Virus record (IMG/VR): IMGVR_UViG_3300035039_000258
Coordinates: 1 to 35,039 of that record
Source of the DNA: a virus
Lineage: Duplodnaviria; Caudoviricetes
Strand: one strand, 5' to 3'
DNA: 35,039 nucleotides
Shown here: one piece after another, positions 24,721 to 33,988 of the stretch
Layout: each line of letters opens with the position of its first letter
Position numbering within the stretch: position 1 is the first letter of the stretch
Made by a program: the position numbers and the translations under genes
The notes under the pieces: model-generated
The model's input: only the letters and a program-made list of their open reading frames with translations
The model's database searches: none
Told to the model about the DNA's origin: nothing

Positions 24721-26412
24721 ATGGGTGATGTAATTGAATATCTGGTGGACGGCACCAGTGGTTTGTCTCCCGGGGATGTTTCCGGGTCTGCCATCATTGT
24801 CGGGGTGTGCAGCCTGGGTACTGTGGGCAAAGGGTATCTGCTGGGCAAAGATTCAGACCTTGACGGATTGCTTGGGGTTGGTCCCCTGGTGGACCGGCTT
24901 CGGGACCTGTTTGCCACGGGCGGGCAGAATCCTATTGCCATTGCCGTACCGACTGCCGGTTTGTCCGGCGGGTATGTATCCCCTGTGACGCATACCGGCA
25001 CCGGACCTGACGGAACTGTGACCGGAACGCCCGCGGCAAATGGTGATGTGGTGGTGGAGATCAGCACGGGCGGCGCATTGGGCACAGCGGCGTACACGCT
25101 CAGCACGGACGGCGGAGAGACGTTTGCCGACGCGGTTGTTACGGATTCCGGGGGCCAGATCAGTATCGGTTCCACCGGGGCCACGCTTACCCTGGCTGCG
25201 GGGACACATGTGGCGGGTGATGTATATGCCTTTGTTGTGCGCGCGCCCATCGGGCCGATTGAACTTACCGGTACCGGGCCTGATATCGCCATTGCGGGCA
25301 CGGTGGCCGCTGCGGCTCAGATCTCATTCGGGATTGTTTCCGGAGGCGGCCGCAACGAGGCCACCTACCAACTCAGTGTTGATGGCGGAGACTCCTATGG
25401 CGTGGAGCGAACCGTGCCGGTGGACGGGGTGATATCCGTGGATGGTACGGGTGTGACCATTACCGTGCCGGAAAGCACCCTTGTAGCCGGGGATCTGTAT
25501 GAATGCGAACTGCTGCCGCCGGTGCCGTCCATCACCAGCGTGATGACGGCTCTGGAGCAACCGTTGAGTCTGTATGATGTTGAATTTGTCCATGTGTGCG
25601 GGCCGTCGGATGCGGTTGACTGGGCGGCCATGGGGGTCAAGGCGGATGAGCTTTGGAATCTGCACCGGCCTACCTATTTCCGGGCTGAAACCCGGCTTCC
25701 CTATGCCAATGAGGATCTTAACGACTGGGTTGCAGCGCTTGTCAGTGAAAAGGCGGAATATTCCCACAGGTTTGTCACGGTTTGCAGTGCATACGGGGAG
25801 GTGACCGATACCACAGGCAAGCGGATCACCCGGAACTGGGGCGGGCTTTTATCCGGGCGGGTGGTGTCCATTCCGGTGATGCGGGCCATTGGCCGGGTGC
25901 TGGACGGCGGCATTCCCCAGGGCACTCTGCCGGACTCTTATACCGATTCCATGCAGCAGGTGCTGGAGACGAGCGGATATACCACGGCCAAGTATTATGC
26001 CGGCCTGAGTTCCGTTTACTGGGGTGACGGCCGGACTCTGGCGGATGCCACCAGCGATTTTCAGTATGAAGAGGTGCTGAGGACAGTGTTCAAGGCGGTG
26101 CGCCTGTCCCGGATTGCCGCGCTCAAAAGCATGTATGACGAGGCCGGCGACCCGACTTTGGAAGGTAACGCGACTGGGCTTACCTATCTGAAGGCGAATA
26201 TTGAAAACGCATTGAACACCATGAGGGCTGCCGTGCCGAGAGAGTTGGCCGGTTATGTGGTGGAGATTCCGGAAGGTCAGGATGTGGCAAACAACGGCGT
26301 GGCCGTTAACATCACTTTGATCGGCATTCCCATTATCAGGCAGATCATGCTGTATGCCAATTATACCTATGCAGGTTCTGCGTTTGATCCGCGACTTGAA
26401 GTCGCAGCTTAA
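24721..26412 (+). CDS. contractile tail sheath protein (DUF2586-like)
   Basis: DGTSGL..., GVGPLVD, YYAGLSSVYWGDGRTL, SDFQYEEVLRTVFKA..R motifs; followed by the tube gene. Confidence 0.85.
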   Translation: MGDVIEYLVDGTSGLSPGDVSGSAIIVGVCSLGTVGKGYLLGKDSDLDGLLGVGPLVDRLRDLFATGGQNPIAIAVPTAGLSGGYVSPVTHTGTGPDGTVTGTPAANGDVVVEISTGGALGTAAYTLSTDGGETFADAVVTDSGGQISIGSTGATLTLAAGTHVAGDVYAFVVRAPIGPIELTGTGPDIAIAGTVAAAAQISFGIVSGGGRNEATYQLSVDGGDSYGVERTVPVDGVISVDGTGVTITVPESTLVAGDLYECELLPPVPSITSVMTALEQPLSLYDVEFVHVCGPSDAVDWAAMGVKADELWNLHRPTYFRAETRLPYANEDLNDWVAALVSEKAEYSHRFVTVCSAYGEVTDTTGKRITRNWGGLLSGRVVSIPVMRAIGRVLDGGIPQGTLPDSYTDSMQQVLETSGYTTAKYYAGLSSVYWGDGRTLADATSDFQYEEVLRTVFKAVRLSRIAALKSMYDEAGDPTLEGNATGLTYLKANIENALNTMRAAVPRELAGYVVEIPEGQDVANNGVAVNITLIGIPIIRQIMLYANYTYAGSAFDPRLEVAA

Positions 26413-26424
26413 GGAGGAAAAATT

Positions 26425-26859
26425 ATGGCAGTCAACGGAAACAGCTATGACTGGGAGTCCATTGAAGTTCGTCTGCCGCATGGTGTGGCTGTGAATATCA
26501 AGGAGATCAGCTACAACGATGAGGCGGACATTGAGGAGCATTACGGCAAGGGACGGACTCCTACTGGATACGGGCGAAAGAATTACAAGGCAGGCGGTTC
26601 CCTTGACCTGGACCTTCAGGAGTACCAGGAGCTTAAAGACCATTTAGGCGGCAGTCTTTACAAGGCTGAGCCGTGCCAGATCGTTGTGGGCTATGCCAAT
26701 GACGACATGCCCACTGTGACGGATACTTTGCCGGATGTGAAGTTTACCAAGACAGACACCAGCGGCAAGCAGGGTGATGACAAGGTGGGGTCCAGGAAAA
26801 TTGATTTCAAGATCCTGAGTCCCATCCGCTGGGGCGGCCAGGCCGCTGTTGACGATTAA
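26425..26859 (+). CDS. tail tube protein
   Basis: VNGNSYDWESI...EISY...YGKGRTPTGYGRKNYKAGGSL; follows the sheath. Confidence 0.85.
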   Translation: MAVNGNSYDWESIEVRLPHGVAVNIKEISYNDEADIEEHYGKGRTPTGYGRKNYKAGGSLDLDLQEYQELKDHLGGSLYKAEPCQIVVGYANDDMPTVTDTLPDVKFTKTDTSGKQGDDKVGSRKIDFKILSPIRWGGQAAVDD

Positions 26860-26885
26860 ATCAATCAGACAAACAAGGAGATATC

Positions 26886-27293
26886 ATGGCGAATTTAGAC
26901 GATGGGAATTTGGAAGGTGAGGGAAGAGGAACTGTCATCAGCAGGACTGAGCCTGAAATTGTTGATGTAGATGTCGAAGAATTGACGCTGCCGGATGCGG
27001 TTCAAAAGGCGCTTAAAGCCGGTGAAAACGTGTTGGTACTGACCGGTGAAAATGATGAGGAGTATTATTTCAAACGGCCCAAGACCATGGATATTAACCG
27101 GTTCCTTGGGACATCTTCCAAGGGTAAGCTGGCCGCCGCCGTACGGAACCTTGTATTTGAACAGGCTCTTTCCCCATCCGCAGAGGAGCTGCGGGCTGAG
27201 TTCAGGGAAAAGCCAGGGCGTGTGGTGGCCTTGAATAATGCGCTACAGACTGAAATCGGCCTGAATGAGGACTATTCTGTAAAAAAGCTTTAA
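26886..27293 (+). CDS. tail assembly chaperone (gpG-like)
   Basis: Between tube and tape measure; ends GTA AAA AAG CTT TAA with a slippery heptamer. Confidence 0.85.
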   Translation: MANLDDGNLEGEGRGTVISRTEPEIVDVDVEELTLPDAVQKALKAGENVLVLTGENDEEYYFKRPKTMDINRFLGTSSKGKLAAAVRNLVFEQALSPSAEELRAEFREKPGRVVALNNALQTEIGLNEDYSVKKL

Positions 27294-27484
27294 GCCAGGC
27301 CAGGTCTGAACTTGGGGGGAACTGGATTCGCCAGGCGTCCCTTTTGATCAAAAAGCATCTGGTTGAGGAAGCGGCACAGGATATGAATCAATTCATTGAT
27401 CAATATGCGGATGCCTTATGGCTGGAGGACCGGGAGGCGGATGTCATGGCCGGGGCTATTTCCAAGGCGCTGGGCAGAGAATGA
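27281..27484 (+). CDS. -1 frameshift extension of tail chaperone (gpGT-like)
   Basis: A AAA AAG at 27281-27287; -1 frame is open: KALSQARSELGGNWIRQ...YADALWLEDRE...KALGRE, stop at 27484. Confidence 0.85.
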   Translation, partial: KKALSQARSELGGNWIRQASLLIKKHLVEEAAQDMNQFIDQYADALWLEDREADVMAGAISKALGRE

Positions 27485-27487
27485 GGG

Positions 27488-27649
27488 TTATTCAAAGAGG
27501 AAAAAAGCGGCAAGGAAGGCCAAGATGCCCTTTTCCAGGGGTCTGGGGCCTGAGAATACGGCACCTGCGACGGCAAAGGCAAAGATCCCGGCCAAAACAG
27601 CCAGGGCAAAAAAGGCGGTAGCAAGTATGAGTCCGAAAAAAGTTTCCAT
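27488..27649 (-). CDS. 53-aa hydrophobic membrane peptide (antisense moron, not in ORF track)
   Basis: METFFGLILATAFFALAVLAGIFAFAVAGAVFSGPRPLEKGILAFLAAFFLFE; fills the gap between gpGT and the tape measure gene. Confidence 0.75.
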   Translation of the reverse strand: METFFGLILATAFFALAVLAGIFAFAVAGAVFSGPRPLEKGILAFLAAFFLFE

Positions 27650-27655
27650 GAAAAC

Positions 27656-27684
27656 AGGATATTGCAGAGCTAAGGGGTTGTCAA
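27656..27684 (-). promoter_or_regulatory. leftward sigma70 promoter, probably leaderless
   Basis: Minus strand TTGACA-17 bp-TATCCT, then 6 nt and ATG 27649. Confidence 0.75.
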
Positions 27685-29745
27685 ATGGAAAGCATATTTA
27701 AACTGGGTATACTTTTGTCCGTAATAGACAGGGTGTCCGGCCCCACAGGTAAAATGGGAAAGGGCATGGATGGCTTGCGCGGCAAGATCATGGGCCTGGG
27801 TCCGGCGTTTGACAAGTTTAAACGGTACGGGCTGATCATGATGACTGTGGGGGCCGGTGTTTTAAATATGATGACCGGGGCGGCCATGGCTACAGTGCCG
27901 ACCCAGAAGGCTCTGGGCGAACTCTCTTCTGTGGGCGTCCAGGATCTTGCCGCCCTTGAACAGGCCGGGGTGGATTTTTCCTCCCGATGGTCCGGGACCA
28001 CCACGGCCCAGTTCATTGCGGCGGCATATGACATCAAATCAGGGATATCGTCTCTGACGGATGCCGGCGTCGCCGAATATACACGGCTTGCTGCTGTTAC
28101 GGGCAAGGCGACCAAGTCGACCACGGCGGAGATGACGAGTCTGTTTGCCACGGGTTACGGTATTTACAAGGATATGTATGCCGGGATGTCTGACATGGAT
28201 TTCGGGCAGCTTTTTTCCGCCGGTATTTCCGCCAGTGTAAAGAATTTTAAGACCACAGGGTCCGGCATGGCCCAGGCCATATCCACATTGGGGGCCACGG
28301 CTGCAACAGCCAAGGTTCCGCTGTCTGAGCAGCTCAGTATTCTGGGTATGCTTCAGGCCACGATGACCGGCGGCGAGGCGGGCACCAAATACAAGGCATT
28401 GATGCAGTCTGCCGCCGGTGCCGGGGAGGCGCTGAATCTCCAGTTCATGGACGCAAACAATCAATTGCTCTCTTTGCCCCAGATTCTGACCGCGCTTCAG
28501 GGCAAGTACGGCACCACTTTGGATGCCATGGAAAAGATGGAGATCAAAAAGGCGTTCGGTACGGATGAGGCGGTTGCTGTGATTGATCTGCTGTATTCAA
28601 AGGTGGCGGATCTGACAACCAATATTGCCGGACTGGACAAGGCCATGGGCCAGGGCGCGTCATTCAGCGAGCAGATGGCCATGGCCATGAACGTGGATAT
28701 CGGCGCTGGCAAGGACCTGCTGGCCCAACGGTGGCAGAATCTGGTGGAGGTGATCGGCAAACAGCTGATCCCGGTGCTGGTCCCTTTGTTTTCGTGGTTC
28801 GGAGATATTATCAACCGAGTCAGGATATTCGCCCAGGAGAACAGCACCTTGACACGTGTTGCCGTATTAACCGTCAGCGGGCTTGCTGCATTATCTCTTG
28901 GTATGGGCTCCATGGCTGCGGTTCTGGGTGCTGCAGGGCTATTGTTTCCTAATGTGGCTATCGGGATTGCGTCCGTCAGCAAGGCGCTGATCTTTCTAAG
29001 AACAGGTTTGATTACGGCGACGTCATCTGTATGGGGATTTACCACAGCCCTGCTTGCCAATCCCATTACCTGGGTGGTGCTGGCCGTGATTGGTCTGATC
29101 GGTGTTTTATATCTTCTTTACAGGCGGTTTGAGGTTGTCCGGACGGCTGTGAGTGCTTTGCTATACACCCTTGGGTATCTTGCCGGTGCTGCGGTAAAGG
29201 CGTTCCGGATGTTTTCCCAGGCTGTGATGCACCCTGTAGAGACGCTCAACGCGGCATTGGGATGGTTGAGAGGGATGGTGCCAACGTTTATTGAATCCGG
29301 CCGGGCGCTGTGGGGCGGTTTTACAAATGGCTTGAAGAGTATGGTAAACGAGCCGGTTGAGGTTGCGAAATCGGCCCTTGCCAAACTGCGTAATCTATTG
29401 CCGTTTTCAGACGCCAAAGAGGGGCCGTTGTCAACGCTTACGCTGTCCGGTGTGCGGATGATGGAGACCATTGGTGCGGGCATTCAATCTGCCGCACCGG
29501 ATCTGGCAAAGACAGCTGCCGGGGCCATGGCCGGTGTAGCGGCTGCTGCTGTTATTTCTCAGGGTCAAGTGCCGCCGGCCGGTCCCGGTATGTCCGGCCG
29601 GGAGCCGGCAAGGATAATTTCCGGGGCTGAGGCGGGTAAAAAGGAGATCCATATCCATATCGGTAATATCTCGTTGCCCAATGCGATCGATGCGAAAGGT
29701 TTTGTTGATGAGTTTATAAAGCTTGCGGAGGGCTATGATGTCTGA
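27685..29745 (+). CDS. tail tape measure protein (TP901-like core)
   Basis: 686 aa, Ala/Gly-rich; AAYDIKSGISSL, GGEAGTKYKA, AFGTDEA, LLANPITWVV motifs. Confidence 0.93.
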   Translation: MESIFKLGILLSVIDRVSGPTGKMGKGMDGLRGKIMGLGPAFDKFKRYGLIMMTVGAGVLNMMTGAAMATVPTQKALGELSSVGVQDLAALEQAGVDFSSRWSGTTTAQFIAAAYDIKSGISSLTDAGVAEYTRLAAVTGKATKSTTAEMTSLFATGYGIYKDMYAGMSDMDFGQLFSAGISASVKNFKTTGSGMAQAISTLGATAATAKVPLSEQLSILGMLQATMTGGEAGTKYKALMQSAAGAGEALNLQFMDANNQLLSLPQILTALQGKYGTTLDAMEKMEIKKAFGTDEAVAVIDLLYSKVADLTTNIAGLDKAMGQGASFSEQMAMAMNVDIGAGKDLLAQRWQNLVEVIGKQLIPVLVPLFSWFGDIINRVRIFAQENSTLTRVAVLTVSGLAALSLGMGSMAAVLGAAGLLFPNVAIGIASVSKALIFLRTGLITATSSVWGFTTALLANPITWVVLAVIGLIGVLYLLYRRFEVVRTAVSALLYTLGYLAGAAVKAFRMFSQAVMHPVETLNAALGWLRGMVPTFIESGRALWGGFTNGLKSMVNEPVEVAKSALAKLRNLLPFSDAKEGPLSTLTLSGVRMMETIGAGIQSAAPDLAKTAAGAMAGVAAAAVISQGQVPPAGPGMSGREPARIISGAEAGKKEIHIHIGNISLPNAIDAKGFVDEFIKLAEGYDV

Positions 29746-30310
29746 TGGATATATCCGTCTTGAGGACGGCCATGTCTCTTTGGCCGGCAAGCTGGTGCCG
29801 GGGGTGCTGGTGTCAATGGAGATCAACGGAACGGTGATGTTTGACCAGGCTGAAATTGACAATGTGTCCGGAAAAAAGAAGACCCCCATGGGGTGGAACG
29901 ATTCCCTGTTGTTTTTACGGATAAAGCTTTTGTCGGATGCTGACACCACCTGTTATGAGAAGCTTGCCACGATCAACGGGATCTTCAAGGGGATGGACAA
30001 TAGAAGAAACCCCAAGGTTTACGATATCAAAAACCGCCATGCTGCTGCACGGGACGTGCATCAGGTTGTGTTCAGTGACTTAAGGTCTGCCGAGAGTGAT
30101 GAAGACGACGTGATCATTTTGGGGATAGGGTTTGAAGAGCATAACCCGCCCGTCATAAAGCCTGAGATCCAGGTATCTGCGGCCCAGGCACAGGAAGCCA
30201 TGGCCCCTGCTGTAGATACGGCTGATGAGGATGAAGCGCTGGTTGATTCGACTATTGCCGAAGATACGGTAAATCCTTTTGAGACCGGTTATATGGATGG
30301 GTTGTCATGA
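29738..30310 (+). CDS. baseplate/tail tube initiator candidate
   Basis: Follows the TMP; SD GGAGG; start could be 29735. Confidence 0.65.
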   Translation: MSDGYIRLEDGHVSLAGKLVPGVLVSMEINGTVMFDQAEIDNVSGKKKTPMGWNDSLLFLRIKLLSDADTTCYEKLATINGIFKGMDNRRNPKVYDIKNRHAAARDVHQVVFSDLRSAESDEDDVIILGIGFEEHNPPVIKPEIQVSAAQAQEAMAPAVDTADEDEALVDSTIAEDTVNPFETGYMDGLS

Positions 30311-31113
30311 TTACAGGCTTGAACATATCTGTAAATATTGGTGCCGTTTCGGTGAACCGTGTGCCTGAAATCCGGATTGTATCCGAGCGGCACAGCCCTA
30401 TAACCCGGATGCACATCAGTATGCCAGACCCTTCCGGGGATGTGGCTCGGGCTGTGTCGGACAAGGATGAGGTATCCGTTGTGCTCGGATATCGCGGGAA
30501 CACCCCGGCCACATGGATAGGAACCGTTGCCGGAGAGCCGACTACCTGGAAGAACCGCGACCAGGTCACGATCAATGTGGCAGGCCCTGAGCGGGTGTTG
30601 AGCGACACCATGATCAAGCAGGCGTTTTTCCAAGAAACCCCGGAGGCCATTATTAAATATGCCGTATCACGGGCCGGATTGGCCCTGGGGCAAATTCAAT
30701 CGCCTGGTGTGACATTTCCAAGATTCACGGCATCATCCATACCTGCATGGCAGGTGGTGGTGCAATGCGAGCATACTTGCAGTAAAGGGTTTGGGTTGGA
30801 TATGGCCGGGTGGGCAATGTGGATGGGGCGGGCCGGCACTGTGAACTGGGGTGCGTTTGAAGAGGTTGCGGATTTACCTGTGATTGAGAGCAATACAAAT
30901 CTGATCGCACATTTCCCAGGGCGCACCATACGGGATTTATCCCGGGTGGAAACTCTGCTTTTGCCGCATTTGATGCACTCCATGCTGTTTCATCTTACAG
31001 ATATCAGGCGCGGCATAGATAGTGATTATAAGGCGCTGCGTGTTGAGCATGCCGTCCGCCAAGGCAAGGCCAGAACATTTATAAGCTACGGGACTGAGTA
31101 TGAAAGATACTGA
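30307..31113 (+). CDS. baseplate hub protein candidate
   Basis: VSVVLGY..., RVEH; position before the spike gene. Confidence 0.7.
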   Translation: MITGLNISVNIGAVSVNRVPEIRIVSERHSPITRMHISMPDPSGDVARAVSDKDEVSVVLGYRGNTPATWIGTVAGEPTTWKNRDQVTINVAGPERVLSDTMIKQAFFQETPEAIIKYAVSRAGLALGQIQSPGVTFPRFTASSIPAWQVVVQCEHTCSKGFGLDMAGWAMWMGRAGTVNWGAFEEVADLPVIESNTNLIAHFPGRTIRDLSRVETLLLPHLMHSMLFHLTDIRRGIDSDYKALRVEHAVRQGKARTFISYGTEYERY

Positions 31114-31816
31114 TTTCAAATCTGTTTTGAAGCGGGCGATTGAGCTTGTGCGCCCGGACTTGCGGTCCTACTACCGGGTGGTCCGGAAGGCCAAGATCGT
31201 AAAGACCTATGCGTCAAACGGCCAATACTGGGCTGATGTTCAGCCTTTGCGCAATGATGAATCCATTGATGCGGCGGAGCCGGTCATTCCAAAAGTTGAA
31301 ATTCCGGTGATCTGGGCCGGTCCAAATCGGGGCGTGGTTTGTCCTCCGGCCAATGGGGTGCATTGTGACCTGGAATACTACGATGGTGACCCCAATTATC
31401 CGAGGATCAGTAATTTCCGTTGGCATGGCATGGGTGCGCCGTCCGCCGGGATAGGCGAGCTTGTCATTCAACAGGCCGACGGGACATATATCAAGATTGA
31501 TGCCGGCCATAATATTATTCATGTTACGCCGGCAAACTGGCAGTCTGAAGCCGGCGAAAACTGGACCATCGCTGTTGGCGGCAATGCCATGATCACGGCA
31601 TCGGGCCAGGCAGGTATCGCAGCCCCCACCATTACGCTGGCAGGGAATGTTGTCTCTACCGGCGCAGGCGGCGGGACAGGCACAGCAACAGAGAAGTGCA
31701 ATAAAACCCAGACCGGCAACCTGACTCTTGTGGGGGATCTGGCGGTTCAGGGTAATATTTCGGCCACTGGTACGATCATTGATACCGGTGGAAATACCAA
31801 TCACCACAGTCATTAG
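31100..31816 (+). CDS. baseplate central spike (gpV/gp45-like)
   Basis: ADVQPL, GVVCPP, YYDGDPNYP OB-fold motifs; beta-helix Gly/Thr repeats; terminal HSH iron-binding motif. Confidence 0.88.
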   Translation: MKDTDFKSVLKRAIELVRPDLRSYYRVVRKAKIVKTYASNGQYWADVQPLRNDESIDAAEPVIPKVEIPVIWAGPNRGVVCPPANGVHCDLEYYDGDPNYPRISNFRWHGMGAPSAGIGELVIQQADGTYIKIDAGHNIIHVTPANWQSEAGENWTIAVGGNAMITASGQAGIAAPTITLAGNVVSTGAGGGTGTATEKCNKTQTGNLTLVGDLAVQGNISATGTIIDTGGNTNHHSH

Positions 31817-31832
31817 AGGTGTTAGGCAGATT

Positions 31833-32264
31833 ATGTCAGTTGATGTTTACGGACAAGATATCAAGGTGGATGCAGATATGCAGGTGGTGGTCGCGGCCAA
31901 TGGAGAGGCGGTTATGACTGACGGTGCCGGCACCGGTTGTCAGGATATAAAACTTCGGCTGTTCACTTATTTGGGCACGTTGTTTTACGACACCGAGTAT
32001 GGTTGCCTGCTGATGGACTGGATACAGGATGAGAACACAGCAGAAAACCGGTTAGCGCTGGTGACAGAGGTGGCACGGCGTGTGAGGCTGGACCCAAGGG
32101 TGGAATACGGCACAGTGAATGTAGCTGTGTTGGCCTGGGATGAGACCGGGATAACACTCTCTTTGTCCTGGTCGTTTATTGAGGAAGATCATCTGTTTAA
32201 CCTGGTGATCAATGTTGGAACAGAAAAAGGCGATATGGTGATCAACGATGTCAATCCCTATTAG
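31833..32264 (+). CDS. baseplate wedge protein (gpW/gp25/gp46-like)
   Basis: QDIKLRLFT.LGTLFYDTEYG...DPRV. Confidence 0.85.
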   Translation: MSVDVYGQDIKVDADMQVVVAANGEAVMTDGAGTGCQDIKLRLFTYLGTLFYDTEYGCLLMDWIQDENTAENRLALVTEVARRVRLDPRVEYGTVNVAVLAWDETGITLSLSWSFIEEDHLFNLVINVGTEKGDMVINDVNPY

Positions 32265-33405
32265 TAAAACATTAAGCGATATCCGGACAGAGATGTTTGC
32301 CAGAATCCAGGAGGTTCAGGAGGAATATCAGACTGCCGGGTATCTGCCGGCACTGTTAAATCTGAATAAAGGTATTTTCAGGGGTCTGCTTGAGTTGTGG
32401 AACTGGGGTTTGTATCAGTTGTACGCTTTTATGGTGACTGTTCTGGGCCAGGCTTTTCCTGAGTCGGCTACCGGTGCCTGGTTGGATTTGCATTGCGCCC
32501 AGGTCGGGCTTGAGCGAAAGGCCGCTGTGAAGGCGGTTGGTGCGGTCTATTTCCTTCGGGACGACACTTCCGGCAATGTCAATATTTCAGCCGGGCGGAT
32601 CATTAAAACGCCTGTGGATGGTGCGGGTAATGTTTACCGGTATGTGACTACAGAGGATGTGGTCTTCCCGGACGGTGCATCAGAGATCGCTGTGGCGGTG
32701 CGGGCTGAAGACGGCGGTGCCGGCTATAACGCCACAGCGGGCCAGATATCTGATATCGTCACCTATATTAACGGTGTGGACGGTGTTGAAAACCGGGCCG
32801 AATGGTTGACAAGCGAAGGGACCGATGAGGAGACAGACGATGCGCTGCGGGCACGGTATGAACTGAAATGGCAGGAGGGTGCCGGATATACCAAATATGC
32901 TTATAGGTCCTGGGCCTTGGGCGTCACCGGGGTTACGGAGGTGAATGTGCTGGACCAGCACCCAAGGGGCCAGGGTACTGTGGATGTGATTGTTCGTGGA
33001 TCTGCAGGTGTGCCGACCCAAACAGTTGTTGATGCGGTTGCCGAAGTCGTAGAAGAAAATCGGCACCAGAATGACGATGTGGAAGTTCGTGGTGTTACCG
33101 CTGTGGCTGTGTCCATAGCGTGCGCTTTGGAAATCAAGCCGGGCTACATTGCCGAGGATATACTTGCAGAAGCTGAAACAAAAATAAGAGCATTATTTGA
33201 CCCCACTGATGAGGTGGCTGGAGTTACGGCGCTTGAGATTGGCGAGGATCTGGAACCGGACAGGCTCGTTGCCGCCGCCATGTTGGCATCTGGGGTGAAA
33301 AGAGCTCCTTTTACCCTGCCGGCTGCCTCAGTGGTTGTCGATAATGATGAATTGGCAACTCTTGAATCGCTTGCCTTGACGGCAACCGAAGCGGCGGAGA
33401 GTTGA
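32248..33405 (+). CDS. baseplate J/gp47 family protein
   Basis: ATGAWLDLH, GTDEETDDALRAR, YRSWAL.V.GV, PRGQGTVDV. Confidence 0.93.
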   Translation: MSIPISKTLSDIRTEMFARIQEVQEEYQTAGYLPALLNLNKGIFRGLLELWNWGLYQLYAFMVTVLGQAFPESATGAWLDLHCAQVGLERKAAVKAVGAVYFLRDDTSGNVNISAGRIIKTPVDGAGNVYRYVTTEDVVFPDGASEIAVAVRAEDGGAGYNATAGQISDIVTYINGVDGVENRAEWLTSEGTDEETDDALRARYELKWQEGAGYTKYAYRSWALGVTGVTEVNVLDQHPRGQGTVDVIVRGSAGVPTQTVVDAVAEVVEENRHQNDDVEVRGVTAVAVSIACALEIKPGYIAEDILAEAETKIRALFDPTDEVAGVTALEIGEDLEPDRLVAAAMLASGVKRAPFTLPAASVVVDNDELATLESLALTATEAAES

Positions 33406-33406
33406 T

Positions 33407-33976
33407 ATGAGCCTATTCTGGGATTATTTTCGTAAGACACTGCGGTGGGGACCGATCTGGAAAGACGGTGTGCTGGCTGCCGTGGCAAAGGGCGGTGCGG
33501 TTGGGCTGGACGAGGCCCGCGATAATATCCTTTGGTTGAGGGGGCAATTTATGCCCGACACCTGTATTACGGAGTACCTCGCTAAACATGCAGCAGGCAG
33601 GGTTATTAGTTCTCAGCACTACAGGGAGACGATTGATCAATACCGGGACCGGGTTGTCAATGCTTTCGCATGGCATGAAAAGGGTGGTAAGGCCCGGGGC
33701 CTGTCAGAGATCCTTGAATATTACAGATTTGAAGATGTTCAGGTATACAGTCTGCGCAGTGAAGATGAGGAAAGATGGGCTGAGTTCAGGTTGTACGTAA
33801 GGCCAACGTTTTGGATGGAATCCGAGGATTACGATCTGCTGAAAATGATCGCGAACGAATATAAGGCGGCTAGCGCTATGCTGGAGAGTATTGTGGTGCA
33901 GTATGAGTCTGAATGCACGTCCCATGTGGGAGTGCAGGTGAGAACCGCCTCGCACATTGTTGTGGATTGCACTTAG
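33407..33976 (+). CDS. baseplate wedge / tail protein I (gp48-like)
   Basis: YRDRVVNAFAWHEKGGKARGL, WAEF, EYKAA; follows baseplate J. Confidence 0.8.
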   Translation: MSLFWDYFRKTLRWGPIWKDGVLAAVAKGGAVGLDEARDNILWLRGQFMPDTCITEYLAKHAAGRVISSQHYRETIDQYRDRVVNAFAWHEKGGKARGLSEILEYYRFEDVQVYSLRSEDEERWAEFRLYVRPTFWMESEDYDLLKMIANEYKAASAMLESIVVQYESECTSHVGVQVRTASHIVVDCT

Positions 33977-33988
33977 AAGGAGGGATGA

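Noticed and set aside
27396-27701. + strand Lys/Ala-rich 101-aa ORF before the tape measure
   Set aside because: Better explained as the shadow of the hydrophobic minus-strand peptide and the gpGT frame; no SD.
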